From assembly GCF_040217025.1 (NCBI RefSeq), contig NZ_JAVJOA010000001.1, positions 104,528-168,527 of the forward strand: a stretch of DNA of 64,000 nucleotides, given 5' to 3'. This document shows, piece after piece, positions 52,431 to 62,314 of the stretch. The stretch is from Pseudohaliea sp. (lineage in GTDB: Bacteria; Pseudomonadota; Gammaproteobacteria; Pseudomonadales; Halieaceae). The notes under the pieces are model-generated. The model saw only the letters and a list, made by a program, of their open reading frames with translations. It did not search any database and was not told the origin of the DNA. How positions within the stretch are numbered: position 1 is the first letter of the stretch; every line of letters starts with the position of its first letter. Position numbers and translations under genes: made by a program.

Positions 52431-53990
52431 TCAACCGGGGCTGTCCAGCTGCTCGGCGGCAAGCCGCTGGAGCCGGGCCTTGTCGATTTTTCCAACGGGC
52501 AGCAGCGGCAGCTCACTGACGATGCGGTAGTGCTTGGGTACCTTGTAGTTCGCCAGCTGATCGCGGCAGGCGTCGCGCAGCAGCGACTCGCTCAGCCGGG
52601 TGCCCGCCTCCGGCACGACCCAGGCATAGCCCACCTCCTGGTAGAGCGGGTCGGGGACACCGACCACCGCCGCCGCGGCGACACCCGGTATCGCTTCCAG
52701 TGCGGCTTCGAGTTCCCGGGGGTAGACGTTGTAGCCACCGGATTTGAACATCTCTGAGCGGCGGCCTTTCAGGCGCAGGCGGCCATCGACGTCGAGCGTT
52801 CCGATGTCGCCACTTCGAAACCAGCCATCGTGCGTCCAGGCATCCCGCGTCGCCTGCTCGCGTTCCCAGTAGCCGATGAAGAAGAAGTCAGCACGGAACT
52901 GAAGCTCCCCGGCTGCTCCCGGCGCGCAGGGATGGCCCTGCTCATCGACGACGCGGCAGGCGACAGAGGGGTCGGCTCTGCCGACGCTGTCAAAGAGCGC
53001 TGCGGGATCCTCGCGACTGTCGCCGAACGCAATGTTGGCGGACGTCTCCGTCAGGCCATAGAGCGTCATCAGCCGGGGCGCGAGCTCGTTCAGCCGCCCG
53101 AGGTACTCCCGGGGCATGGCGGCGCCGCCCCAGGCAATCAGCTCGAGTGACGACAGGTCCAGGGTGGGCAGCAGGGGATCTTCGAGCAGCAGTTGCAGCA
53201 TGGTCGGCACGCCGCCGAGCATGGTACAGCCCTCCTCGGCCGTCGCCTCGAGGAGCGCCCGCGGGTCGAAGCGCTCCTGGAATACGATCTTGCCGCCGCT
53301 GACCAGGGTGGTCGCACAGGTGTCGGCCAGGCAGGCGACGTGATTGATCGGGAAGCTGACGACCATGGACTGGACCGATACGTCGAGCTGGGCCACCTGC
53401 ATGCCCGCACCGGTTACCAGACCGTGGTGGCTCAGCAGCGCACCCTTGGGTTTGCCGCTGCTGCCGGAAGTGTACACGAGCGCTGCCGGGCGTTCCGGCG
53501 AGCGCGCTGCCCGGGCCCGGTCCCGCAGGCGTGGTGCGGCGGTCGCCGTCGCGCCCGTGTGTCCCGCCGTGAACTCGTCGATCGCTACAAGCTCGTAGCC
53601 GTCCGGCGGCGCGCCCTCGAGGCGCTCGAGTTCGCGCAGGTAATCCCTGTCCTCAAACGCCGCGATAGCGAGAACCAGCTTTGGACGGCTGTCGGCGAGC
53701 AAATAGGCCAGCTCCGCAGGTCGGTAACGGGGATTCAACCCCATCCAGATTGCGCCGACGCGCATGACAGCCAGGGCACTGCACCAGAACTCAAGGCTCG
53801 GGCAGGCCAGCACGGCGACCCGGTCGCCCGCCTCGATGCCCCTGCCCACCAGCGCAGCAGCACACTGATCGACCCGCTCTTCCAGCTGAGCGTAGCTCAG
53901 CCGTCTACCGCTGCAGACGACCGCCGTGTCAGCGGGCCTCTCTGCCGCGTGATGACTCAACCAGTCATCGAGGTAGGCAATCGCAGTCAT
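52431..53990 (-). CDS. AMP-forming acyl-CoA synthetase/ligase
   Basis: LVYTSGSSGKPKGALLSH (A3), YGLTET and the C-terminal GKIDKARL lysine motif. Confidence 0.9.
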   Translation of the reverse strand: MTAIAYLDDWLSHHAAERPADTAVVCSGRRLSYAQLEERVDQCAAALVGRGIEAGDRVAVLACPSLEFWCSALAVMRVGAIWMGLNPRYRPAELAYLLADSRPKLVLAIAAFEDRDYLRELERLEGAPPDGYELVAIDEFTAGHTGATATAAPRLRDRARAARSPERPAALVYTSGSSGKPKGALLSHHGLVTGAGMQVAQLDVSVQSMVVSFPINHVACLADTCATTLVSGGKIVFQERFDPRALLEATAEEGCTMLGGVPTMLQLLLEDPLLPTLDLSSLELIAWGGAAMPREYLGRLNELAPRLMTLYGLTETSANIAFGDSREDPAALFDSVGRADPSVACRVVDEQGHPCAPGAAGELQFRADFFFIGYWEREQATRDAWTHDGWFRSGDIGTLDVDGRLRLKGRRSEMFKSGGYNVYPRELEAALEAIPGVAAAAVVGVPDPLYQEVGYAWVVPEAGTRLSESLLRDACRDQLANYKVPKHYRIVSELPLLPVGKIDKARLQRLAAEQLDSPG

Positions 53991-54047
53991 GACCAGCCGC
54001 CGCCCAAACCCGCTTTCGATCCAAGGAACATAAACTATAGTTTTATT

Positions 54048-54064
54048 TTTGACATGTCGTCAAA
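54048..54064. promoter_or_regulatory. Palindrome TTTGAC-atgtc-GTCAAA (with nested GACATGTC) in the divergent TetR/acyl-CoA-synthetase promoter region
   Basis: Read directly in the most AT-rich stretch of the window. A further TGTCAA lies at 54078-54083. Confidence 0.45.
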
Positions 54065-54119
54065 TTATGCCATAGTTGTCAACATCCACGGCCCAGGGGC
54101 GACAACCGGAGAAGGAAGG

Positions 54120-54752
54120 ATGGCGAGAGAAAAGCAGCCAGCGAAGAGCAAGAGCCGCCGCGGCGGCGATCCGACTTTCACGGAGCGGGCGCGCCGGACA
54201 CAGATCATCGACGCCGCGGCTGCCCTCTTCAGTAGCCAGGGTTTCGCCAACACGTCCATGGACGATATAGCCAAAGCGGTCGGCGTCAGCCGCGGCGTCC
54301 TGTTCTACTACTTTGACGGCAAGGCCGAGATCGGTGAGCACACGCTGAGGCTGGCGGTGCGGGCCTACAGTGACTACGTACGCGACAGGGTACGGCGTCG
54401 CCGTACGGCGCGGGGAAAGCTTCACGAGTTCGCCGAGGCGTGCCTCGACTACCAGGCCGAACATCCGGACCTGTACATCGCCTTTGTGGAACTGCTCGGG
54501 TGCCTGGGTGAAGACGAGGAAAAGTACCGCCTGACCCGCTCCCTCAACCAGCGTACGCGAAATCAGCTCATCGAGATCATCCAGGCCGGCGTCGACCGTG
54601 GCGAACTGGCCGCGGTCGATGCGGGGGCACTGGCGGACATCATCCAGGCCTTCATTGACGGCATGATGGAGATGATGGCCATGGAGCCGGGGGCCGTAGC
54701 GGTGCCCGCCACAAAACGCCTGTGGCGGCAGATGCTGGACAGCGTGCTGTAA
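54120..54752 (+). CDS. TetR/AcrR-family transcriptional regulator
   Basis: Last 211 codons of the 519-aa track ORF. GGAGAAGGAAGG RBS and HTH LFSSQGFANTSMDDIAKAVGVSRGVLFYYFDGK. Confidence 0.88.
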   Translation: MAREKQPAKSKSRRGGDPTFTERARRTQIIDAAAALFSSQGFANTSMDDIAKAVGVSRGVLFYYFDGKAEIGEHTLRLAVRAYSDYVRDRVRRRRTARGKLHEFAEACLDYQAEHPDLYIAFVELLGCLGEDEEKYRLTRSLNQRTRNQLIEIIQAGVDRGELAAVDAGALADIIQAFIDGMMEMMAMEPGAVAVPATKRLWRQMLDSVL

Positions 54753-54789
54753 ACGTTCCTATCGATGTACTGACCCGGGAGATGACCCC

Positions 54790-55983
54790 ATGCTCATGCC
54801 CTTCCGATCGATTGCTCTCTACCTGTTCACTGCGCTTCTCCTGACGGCCCGGGCTGAGGACGTCACGCGGGCGAGGGATCTCGGCGTGCCTTTCGAGGGC
54901 GTGCCGGGGCCAGTGAACGCCATCACCGATGTGGCAGGCGTGATGGTCGGTCACAGCACCCTCATCCACGGCAGTGGAGAGGTCGTCATCGGCGAAGGCC
55001 CCGTGCGCACCGGCGTCACGGCAATCCTGCCGCGGGGGAGAGATTTTTCGCAGCTGGTCGCTGCGGGCCGGGCCGTGATCAACGGCACCGGGGAAATGAC
55101 CGGTAGCTGGCTCATCGACGAGACCGGCTACTTCGGCGGCCCCATCATGCTTACGGGCACGACCAGCGTCGGCATGGTGCACCACGCCACGACACGCTGG
55201 ATCCGCGACCAGCTGCCACCGTCGCAGTGGTTCTCGGGCCTGATCCCCGTTGTCGCCGAAACCCTGGATATCCATCTCAATGACGTGTGGGGCTTCCACG
55301 TTAAGCCGGAGCATGTCTTCGAGGCCCTCGACAGCGCCAGCGCCGGCCGCGTCGCGGAAGGCAACGTCGGCGGCGGCACCGGGATGATCGCCTACGCCTT
55401 CAAGGGCGGCATCGGCACGGCGTCGCGAAGGATCGCGGTGGGCGATGACACGTACACGGTCGGTGTGCTGCTGCAGGCGAACCACGGCAAGCGGGAGAAC
55501 CTCAAGATCGCGGGCGTCCCGGTGGGCCGCGAGATTCCCGACATGATGCCGAGCCGTGATTCCGCCGAGGCAGAGAAAAACTCCCTGGTGATCATCCTGG
55601 CCACTGACGCACCGCTGACGCCGACGCAGCTTCGCCGGCTGGCCCGCCGGGCCGCGCTCGGCGTCGGCCGCGGTGGCAGTATCGGTGGCTACATGTCCGG
55701 CGAACTCGCGCTAGCCTTCTCCACGGGCAATACCATCTCCATCGGCCAGCAGCAGCAGACCCTCACATCGCCCACAGCGTGGCACGGTGAGGCGCTGAAC
55801 GGCCTGTTCAAGGCGGCGATTCAGGCAACAGAGGAAGCGCTGGCCAACGCCCTGGTGGCGGCGGAGACCATGACCGGGGCCAATAATCTCACCGTGCATG
55901 CACTGCCTGAGGAACGCCTGCAGTCGGTGCTGCGCCGCTACAATCGCCTTGACGAAGCGGCTTCCGCCCCTTCTTCGCCGTAG
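54790..55983 (+). CDS. P1/S58-family (DmpA/BapA-like) aminopeptidase, exported
   Basis: Signal peptide. GPVNAITDVAGVMVGHSTL and GGGTGMIAYAFKGGIGTASR are typical of DmpA-type Ntn hydrolases. Confidence 0.82.
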   Translation: MLMPFRSIALYLFTALLLTARAEDVTRARDLGVPFEGVPGPVNAITDVAGVMVGHSTLIHGSGEVVIGEGPVRTGVTAILPRGRDFSQLVAAGRAVINGTGEMTGSWLIDETGYFGGPIMLTGTTSVGMVHHATTRWIRDQLPPSQWFSGLIPVVAETLDIHLNDVWGFHVKPEHVFEALDSASAGRVAEGNVGGGTGMIAYAFKGGIGTASRRIAVGDDTYTVGVLLQANHGKRENLKIAGVPVGREIPDMMPSRDSAEAEKNSLVIILATDAPLTPTQLRRLARRAALGVGRGGSIGGYMSGELALAFSTGNTISIGQQQQTLTSPTAWHGEALNGLFKAAIQATEEALANALVAAETMTGANNLTVHALPEERLQSVLRRYNRLDEAASAPSSP

Positions 55984-56042
55984 CGCCCAAAAGATCCCGC
56001 CAGCTTACTCGTCTCGACAGACACGACAGAAAGGGTACCCAC

Positions 56043-57467
56043 ATGCACAGGTTGTTCTCCTTCGTTGCGCTACTCTCCCTCCTGCTCACGCTGCCCTCGC
56101 CGTCGGGTGCGGCTCCGCTGACGGCGGCGCAGACCGAGGCCCTCGAGGCAATTCTCACCCAGGCCCAGGAAGGATCGCGCATGCCATCGCTGGTCGCGGT
56201 GGTAGATAAAGGTGGCGAAACGCTCTATGCAGGCGCTCTCGGTCATGCGGAGCTTTCCCACAAGGTCCCGACCACGGTCGGCACGGCCTATGCCATCGGC
56301 TCGATCACCAAGACCTTCACCGGGCTCGCCGTTGCGCAACTGGTGGACGCGGGCCGCATCGAGCTCGACGCCACGGTGGCTGACTACCTGCCTGACTACG
56401 CAGGCCCGGGACGGGTCGCGACGGTGGCACAGTTGCTGACCCACAGCTCCGGCATCCCCAGCTACAACACCGAGATTCCGGGCGTCCGCGAGGCCCTGAG
56501 CCGCAATGCCTGGACGCGCGATGAGCTGGTCGCCCTGTTCGAGGAGCTGCCGCTCAACTTCGAGCCCGGGGAGCGTTTCAGCTACAGCAATTCCGGCTAC
56601 TACCTGCTCGGCCTGATCATCGAGACGGTCACCGGCACGGATTACTACAGCTACCTGCAGGCGCAGGTCTTCGAACCGCTGGGCATGGACCGCAGCTTCG
56701 GCGGGGACCTCACCGAGGTGATCCCGGACATGGCCCGTGGCTACGAGCTGGGTGACGGCGCGTACAGCCACGCGCCGCAATGGCACCAGCTCGTGCCGTT
56801 TTCGGCGGGCTCGCTGGTGTCGACCGCCGCCGACGTGATTGCCTACCGCCGCGGCGTCTTCCACTCTCCGGCCATCCCGGATTCAGTGCGGGAACAGCTG
56901 CTGAGCACGACAACGCTCGCAAACGGTGTGGAGAACACCTACAGCCTGGGCGGCTTGGTACTGTCCGAATTCCACGGCCATCGCAAGATCTCCCACGCCG
57001 GCGATATCTGGGGTTATTCATCGAACCATGCGTACTATCCGGAGGAAGACCTCACCATCGTGCTGCTCGCCAACCGGCAGGGCGGCAACCCGACGCTGTC
57101 CTCCATCGAGGCGAAGCTGGCGCGCGTTATCCTGGGTATTCCGCCGCTCGAGGTACGCCAGCTGACTCTGCCCGAGGCAGAGCTGCGTCGCTACGCCGGT
57201 GACTTCGAGGTTCACCCGTTCCTGATCGGCTTCGAGCGGCTTGGCTTCATCGCCGGCGACGACGGCCAGCTGCTGCTGCGCTTCGGCGGCACCGCGGCGG
57301 CCGGCCCCGCTATTCCGTTGCTCGCCCAGGGCGACGGCGTTTTCCGGGCGCCCTTCGACGACGAGTGGGTCTTCCGGTTCAGCGACGAGACGCCCCGCGC
57401 ATTGCGCCTGACGTCACAGTACCGGGACGGCACGATCACCGCACAGCGCATCGACCCGGCACAATGA
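56043..57467 (+). CDS. Beta-lactamase-fold serine hydrolase (DD-peptidase/D-aminopeptidase-like), exported
   Basis: Signal peptide, SxxK (GSITKTF), YxN (YSNSGY) and a C-terminal extra domain. Confidence 0.85.
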   Translation: MHRLFSFVALLSLLLTLPSPSGAAPLTAAQTEALEAILTQAQEGSRMPSLVAVVDKGGETLYAGALGHAELSHKVPTTVGTAYAIGSITKTFTGLAVAQLVDAGRIELDATVADYLPDYAGPGRVATVAQLLTHSSGIPSYNTEIPGVREALSRNAWTRDELVALFEELPLNFEPGERFSYSNSGYYLLGLIIETVTGTDYYSYLQAQVFEPLGMDRSFGGDLTEVIPDMARGYELGDGAYSHAPQWHQLVPFSAGSLVSTAADVIAYRRGVFHSPAIPDSVREQLLSTTTLANGVENTYSLGGLVLSEFHGHRKISHAGDIWGYSSNHAYYPEEDLTIVLLANRQGGNPTLSSIEAKLARVILGIPPLEVRQLTLPEAELRRYAGDFEVHPFLIGFERLGFIAGDDGQLLLRFGGTAAAGPAIPLLAQGDGVFRAPFDDEWVFRFSDETPRALRLTSQYRDGTITAQRIDPAQ

Positions 57468-59197
57468 AGGAACGCGGGCAGGCCGCCCTCCGACGGCAGC
57501 GGTGCCACAGGCCGTGGGCCGTGATGCCGCTCGTGGTTCTGCTCTCCTCTCCTTCCCTCGGGGCGGCGCCCGCAAACGGTGCGCGCTTCTCGGTCGTGGA
57601 GAAGAGCTTTGCCGAGCTGCAGGAGTCCATGGCGGAGGGGAGGACCACTGCCCGCGCCATCACCACGCAGTACCTCCAGCGTATTGCCCGCTACAACGAC
57701 GACCTTAAGGCGGCACTGGCGGTCAATGACCGGGCATTGGAGTACGCGGACCTGTTGGACCGGGAGCGGGCCGCGGGCCGGCTCCGCGGGCCACTCCACG
57801 GCATCCCCATCGCACTCAAGGATCTGATCCAGACTACCGACATGCCCACCACCGGCGGCGCACAGGCCCTTCGCGGCTACCTGCCCCCCTACGACGCGAC
57901 CCTCACCCGCAAGCTCAGGGACGCCGGCGCGGTCATCATTGCCAAGACCACCCTGACCGAGCTGGCGAACTGGATGGGCACGGATTTTCCCAACGGCTAC
58001 AACGCGATCGCCGGCCACAGCTACAACCCCTACGATCCGCGGCTCCATCCGACCATCGCCGACGGCCGGGGTCGGCTGGACACCGGTGGCTCGAGCTCGG
58101 CGATCGGCACGGCCGCCAACCTCTGGGCGGCGAACGTCGGCACGGAAACCTCCGGCTCCATCATGTCGCCGGCCAGCACCAGTTGGCTGGTCGGCATCAA
58201 ACCGACCGTCGGGCGCATCAGCCGCTACGGCGTGATACCGCTCACTGCCGACCAGGACACGCCGGGGCCGATGGCCCGGAGCCTCGCCGATGCGGCGGTG
58301 CTGCTCGCTGCCATGGAAGGACCTGACCCCGCGGACCCAGCCACCGGTGCCTGTCGGCCCCTGGCCGGGAACGGCGCCTGGACCGGTGATGCAATCGAAG
58401 ACCTGTCCGGCCTGCGCATCGGTATTCCGCAGGCCTTCTATGTCGAACCCGTCACGCCACCCGGACAGCAGGCGCCGGTCGGCGGTCTGTCCGCCGCAGG
58501 CGCCGAGCGCCTGCGCGAGGCGGGTGCGGCGCTCGAGGCGCTCGGCGCGACGGTCATCGAACCGGCCGACATACCGAGCATCACGGCGCCGCGGGCAGTC
58601 GACAACTTTCTAAGCTTCGGCATCTGCGCCTATCCGTCACAGGTACGCGGTGCGGACGGCGATTGCTCGCTGGTCGCAAAATACGGGATGAAGCGCGACT
58701 TCAACCGATGGCTGGCCACCCAGCAAGGCGCCGCACCGTTCGCCTCGCTGGACGGGCTGATCGCAATGAACCGCACCCTCGCCCCTTTCGGAGCGACTCG
58801 CTACGGCCAGGCGCGGCTTGAACTCTCCGCCACCGTGGACCTCGCGCGGGACCGGGAGCGTTACCTGCGCGACCGGGCGCGGGATCTTCGCCTTGCCCGC
58901 GCGGAGGGCATCGACGCCGCGCTCGAGATCCACGCGCTGGACGCGCTGCTGTTCCCCGCAGCTGCCGGCGCCCGATTGATCAACAAGGCCGGCTACCCGG
59001 CCGTCACGGTTCCCTTCGGCAGCGTGTCACTTTCCCCGGATGGCGCTGACGGCGATGACCCTGCGAGCGCCGTCGCGACCCGGCCCTGGGCGGTAACGTT
59101 CGCCGGCGGCGCCTGCGAGGAGCCGAAGCTCCTGCGCATCGCCGCCGCGTTCGAGCGGGTAACCCGCGCCCGGCAGCCCCCGCCGGCCTTCCCGTGA
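57464..59197 (+). CDS. Amidase-signature family amidase, exported
   Basis: GGSSSAIGTAANLWAANVGTETSGSIMSPAS. The start at 57464 overlaps the upstream stop (ATGA); 57524 is an alternative. Signal-like MPLVVLLSSPSLGAAPA. Confidence 0.85.
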   Translation: MKERGQAALRRQRCHRPWAVMPLVVLLSSPSLGAAPANGARFSVVEKSFAELQESMAEGRTTARAITTQYLQRIARYNDDLKAALAVNDRALEYADLLDRERAAGRLRGPLHGIPIALKDLIQTTDMPTTGGAQALRGYLPPYDATLTRKLRDAGAVIIAKTTLTELANWMGTDFPNGYNAIAGHSYNPYDPRLHPTIADGRGRLDTGGSSSAIGTAANLWAANVGTETSGSIMSPASTSWLVGIKPTVGRISRYGVIPLTADQDTPGPMARSLADAAVLLAAMEGPDPADPATGACRPLAGNGAWTGDAIEDLSGLRIGIPQAFYVEPVTPPGQQAPVGGLSAAGAERLREAGAALEALGATVIEPADIPSITAPRAVDNFLSFGICAYPSQVRGADGDCSLVAKYGMKRDFNRWLATQQGAAPFASLDGLIAMNRTLAPFGATRYGQARLELSATVDLARDRERYLRDRARDLRLARAEGIDAALEIHALDALLFPAAAGARLINKAGYPAVTVPFGSVSLSPDGADGDDPASAVATRPWAVTFAGGACEEPKLLRIAAAFERVTRARQPPPAFP

Positions 59198-59214
59198 CGC
59201 GGGCGCGGGCGGGG

Positions 59215-60426
59215 CTAGCCCGCAGGCGCGGCTGTGAGGCGCCGGGCGACCTGCTCCGCTGTGCGCAGGGCGCGCAGGATGTTGCCGTTGGCCAGCGTGG
59301 CAAGCTGTTCCTCCGTCCAGCCGCGCCGGATCAGCTCCGCGAACAGCTTCGGGTAATCGTCCGCCTCCGAGAGCTCCGGCACCATCCAGTCGGGTTCACC
59401 GAACAGGTCCGCGCCGATACCGACGTGACCCCGGCCGGCCACGGCGGCAATGTGCTCGATGTGGTCGGCGACATCGGCCACCGTGGCATCGGGCACCGGA
59501 TGTTCCGCCGTGTACGCGTCGAGCGCCTCGTCATAGCCTGGCTCTCCCCATTCGACATCGCCGCGGAAGGCCTTGAAGCCGGCCTCCCACTCCGCGAAGC
59601 CCGGCGTGTTGAAGCTGTTGACGAAAGAAACCATGACCACACCGCCATTGAGACGGAGCCGCTCGAGCACCGCGTCGGGCACATTGCGACGGTGCGGTGT
59701 CAGTGCGTAGGCGTTGGAGTGGGAAAAGATCACCGGTGCCTCGCTCAGGTCCAGTGCGTCGTTCATCACCGCCGGCGAGACATGGGACAGGTCGATCAAC
59801 ATGCCGAGACGATTCATTTCACGGATGACGTCGCGGCCGAAATCCGTGAGCCCGCCGTGCTCGTCCTGGCCCGCAGCGTCAGCCCAGTCCACGCTCTGCG
59901 AGTGCGTCAGTGTCATGTAGCGCACGCCGAGGTCGTAGTAGGCGCGAAGGGCACCCAGGGAATTCTCGATCGCATGGCCGCCCTCGATGCCGTAGAGCGA
60001 TGCGATCCTGCCCTCGGCCATGGCGGCTTCCACCTCGTCGGCAGTACCGGTAAACGCGAATACTTCCGGGTACCTTGCTACCAACGCACGGGCAACGGCG
60101 AGCTGCTCGAGCTGGGTCTTGGCAAAACCCTCAGCTCTCATGGCCTCGGTGCCGGGAATGAATACGGACCAGAACTGGCCGCCCACGCCACCGGCGCGCA
60201 GCCGGGGGATATCTGTGTCACCGGGAACTTCACCATGGAAGTCCCAGTCCGCCACTTCCGCCCCGTATTCCCGGATCACCCACGGCAGATCGTTGTGACC
60301 GTCGATGATCGGGTGCGCCTCGAGCAGCGCCCGGGCACGCTCCAGCGCATCGTCGGCGCGCCCGGGCAGTGCCAGGAAGAACAGGAACGTGCAGGCGGTG
60401 GCACGGAAAACAGGGGACAGTTTCAT
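59215..60426 (-). CDS. Membrane/periplasmic dipeptidase (M19, renal-dipeptidase family)
   Basis: Signal peptide. IIDGHNDLPWVIRE, MTLTHSQS and IDLSHVS metal-site motifs. Confidence 0.9.
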   Translation of the reverse strand: MKLSPVFRATACTFLFFLALPGRADDALERARALLEAHPIIDGHNDLPWVIREYGAEVADWDFHGEVPGDTDIPRLRAGGVGGQFWSVFIPGTEAMRAEGFAKTQLEQLAVARALVARYPEVFAFTGTADEVEAAMAEGRIASLYGIEGGHAIENSLGALRAYYDLGVRYMTLTHSQSVDWADAAGQDEHGGLTDFGRDVIREMNRLGMLIDLSHVSPAVMNDALDLSEAPVIFSHSNAYALTPHRRNVPDAVLERLRLNGGVVMVSFVNSFNTPGFAEWEAGFKAFRGDVEWGEPGYDEALDAYTAEHPVPDATVADVADHIEHIAAVAGRGHVGIGADLFGEPDWMVPELSEADDYPKLFAELIRRGWTEEQLATLANGNILRALRTAEQVARRLTAAPAG

Positions 60427-60586
60427 GGGGAGAACTCACTATCTTGGGGGCGTGACCATGCCGCAAACGATTCGCGGCTGGTGTCTAGTCTCCGCATCGA
60501 AGCGCGCCTTGGCAAGGCAGCGCCCCATCCCTGCCGAGGCGCCCCACGCCCCCGCCCTGGTCCCTAACGGAAAAGAGGAACGCGTC

Positions 60587-62314
60587 ATGCAAGCTCCCGG
60601 CGCCAAAATCCGCCTTGTCACCCTCCTCCTGGCTGTCGTCCTGGGCACTCCACTGGGCGCCGGTCAGACCCTCGCCGACACACAGGAATTTGACCTGGTG
60701 CTTCTCGGCGGGACCGTCGTGGACGGCACCGGGGCACCGCCACGACGGGCGGATGTCGGCTTCCGCGATGGACACATTGCGGCAATCGGAGACCTCGGCA
60801 CTGCAAGCGGCGCAGAGCGGCTGGCGGTCGCGGGCAAGGTCGTGGCACCCGGGTTTATCGACGTCCACAGCCACGCGGATCGCGCGTTCGCTGACGAGCA
60901 GGCCGCAGCCATGGAGGGCTTTCTTCGCCAGGGCGTTACAACCACGGTCTTCGGAGTCGACGGTTACCAGGGGCTCGAGGATCTGAAAGAAACGGCTGCA
61001 CGTGCGGCGGCGGGGCAATCCGGGCTGAACTTCCTGTCCTACATCGGCCACAACGCGGTAAGGGCCTCGGTGATGGGCAACGCGCAGCGCGCGCCCACGG
61101 AGGCGGAGCTTGACCAGATGAAGGCACAGGTCCGTGAAGCCATGGAATTCGGCGCCGTCGGGCTTTCATCCGGGCTCATGTACCTGCCGGGTCGCTACGC
61201 CGACCAGGCTGAACTGATCGCCCTGGCCAGGGTCGTCGCCCCCTACGGCGGTCGCTATGATTCGCATGTCCGCGACCCCGCCAACAACCTGATCGCCTCT
61301 CACCGGGAGTGCCTCGAAACCGGAGCCGCTGCCGGCGTTCACGCACACCCGGCACACATGAAAGCCGTGGGTGGGAAAAACTTCGGCAGCGCTGAGGCGC
61401 TTGTCGAGCTGGTCAACGACTTCCGCAGAGCAGGGCATGAGGTGACCGTCGACGTCTACCCCTACGACGGCGCCGCCACTGCACCTGTCGTCAACCTCCT
61501 GTACCCCGGAACGGACCCCGCCGGCGAGGCTTTGATGCAGCGCCTCGATCCGCTGCTCTCAGGCAAGAGCATCCCGGCGGAGAGCATTGCGCAGCTGTTG
61601 ACGGACCTCCGCAGCTACTGGCGCGAAAGCGCTGACAACCCGCAGGCGCTCGCCACTGCCCGTGCCAGGACCGAGGATCCACCGGCAGGTGTCTTCAGCT
61701 GGATTGCTACGGTCGGGTACGCATCGTTGCGTATCGTGGTCAGCGCCGAAGGATCCTACGAGGGCCGCCTCGTCACGGAACTGGCAGCCGAGCAGGGGAT
61801 CGGGCCCTTCGAACTGCTGCGCCGTATCGTCGTCGCCGAAGGCACTGATGCCATGGTCACGCTGGGCGCGATCCTCGAGGAGGATGTCCGCCGGGTGCTC
61901 AGTCAGCCCTGGGCTATGGTCGCCTCCGACGGCGAGGAGCTGGCTCCCTCCCATCCGCGCGGGCGTGGTACCTTTGCGCGTCTTCTGGGCCGCTACGTGC
62001 GTGAGTGGCAGGTGCTGTCCCTCGAGGAGGCCGTCTACAAGGTGACCGGGCTGCCTGCCAGCTACCTTCGCCTCGAGAACCGGGGCGTCCTCCGCGAAGG
62101 CGCCGTCGCGGACGTCGTCGTTTTCGACCCCGGGGAGATCATTGACCGCGCCACCTGGGCGCAGCCCCAGCGCTACGCGACGGGCGTCAGCCACGTCTTC
62201 ATCAGGGGCCGGCCGGCGATCGCCGACGGTGTCCTGCAACCGCAGCGCCTGGGACGTTACCTTCCCTTCAAAGGCGACAGCATGACCGGGGCAGGGACCA
62301 TCCCGTCACCGTGA
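60587..62314 (+). CDS. N-acyl-D-amino-acid deacylase (D-aminoacylase) family amidohydrolase, exported
   Basis: AAGAGGAA RBS, signal peptide, DLVLLGGTVVDGTGAPPRRADVGFRDGHIAAIGDLG and APGFIDVHSHAD. The upstream part of the track ORF is rejected. Confidence 0.85.
   Translation: MQAPGAKIRLVTLLLAVVLGTPLGAGQTLADTQEFDLVLLGGTVVDGTGAPPRRADVGFRDGHIAAIGDLGTASGAERLAVAGKVVAPGFIDVHSHADRAFADEQAAAMEGFLRQGVTTTVFGVDGYQGLEDLKETAARAAAGQSGLNFLSYIGHNAVRASVMGNAQRAPTEAELDQMKAQVREAMEFGAVGLSSGLMYLPGRYADQAELIALARVVAPYGGRYDSHVRDPANNLIASHRECLETGAAAGVHAHPAHMKAVGGKNFGSAEALVELVNDFRRAGHEVTVDVYPYDGAATAPVVNLLYPGTDPAGEALMQRLDPLLSGKSIPAESIAQLLTDLRSYWRESADNPQALATARARTEDPPAGVFSWIATVGYASLRIVVSAEGSYEGRLVTELAAEQGIGPFELLRRIVVAEGTDAMVTLGAILEEDVRRVLSQPWAMVASDGEELAPSHPRGRGTFARLLGRYVREWQVLSLEEAVYKVTGLPASYLRLENRGVLREGAVADVVVFDPGEIIDRATWAQPQRYATGVSHVFIRGRPAIADGVLQPQRLGRYLPFKGDSMTGAGTIPSP

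Noticed and set aside
53193-54119. N-terminal 309 codons of the 519-aa (+) track ORF ending at 54752
   Set aside because: This part is antisense to the acyl-CoA synthetase and then crosses the AT-rich promoter region. Only the last 211 codons, which have their own strong RBS, form a TetR protein.
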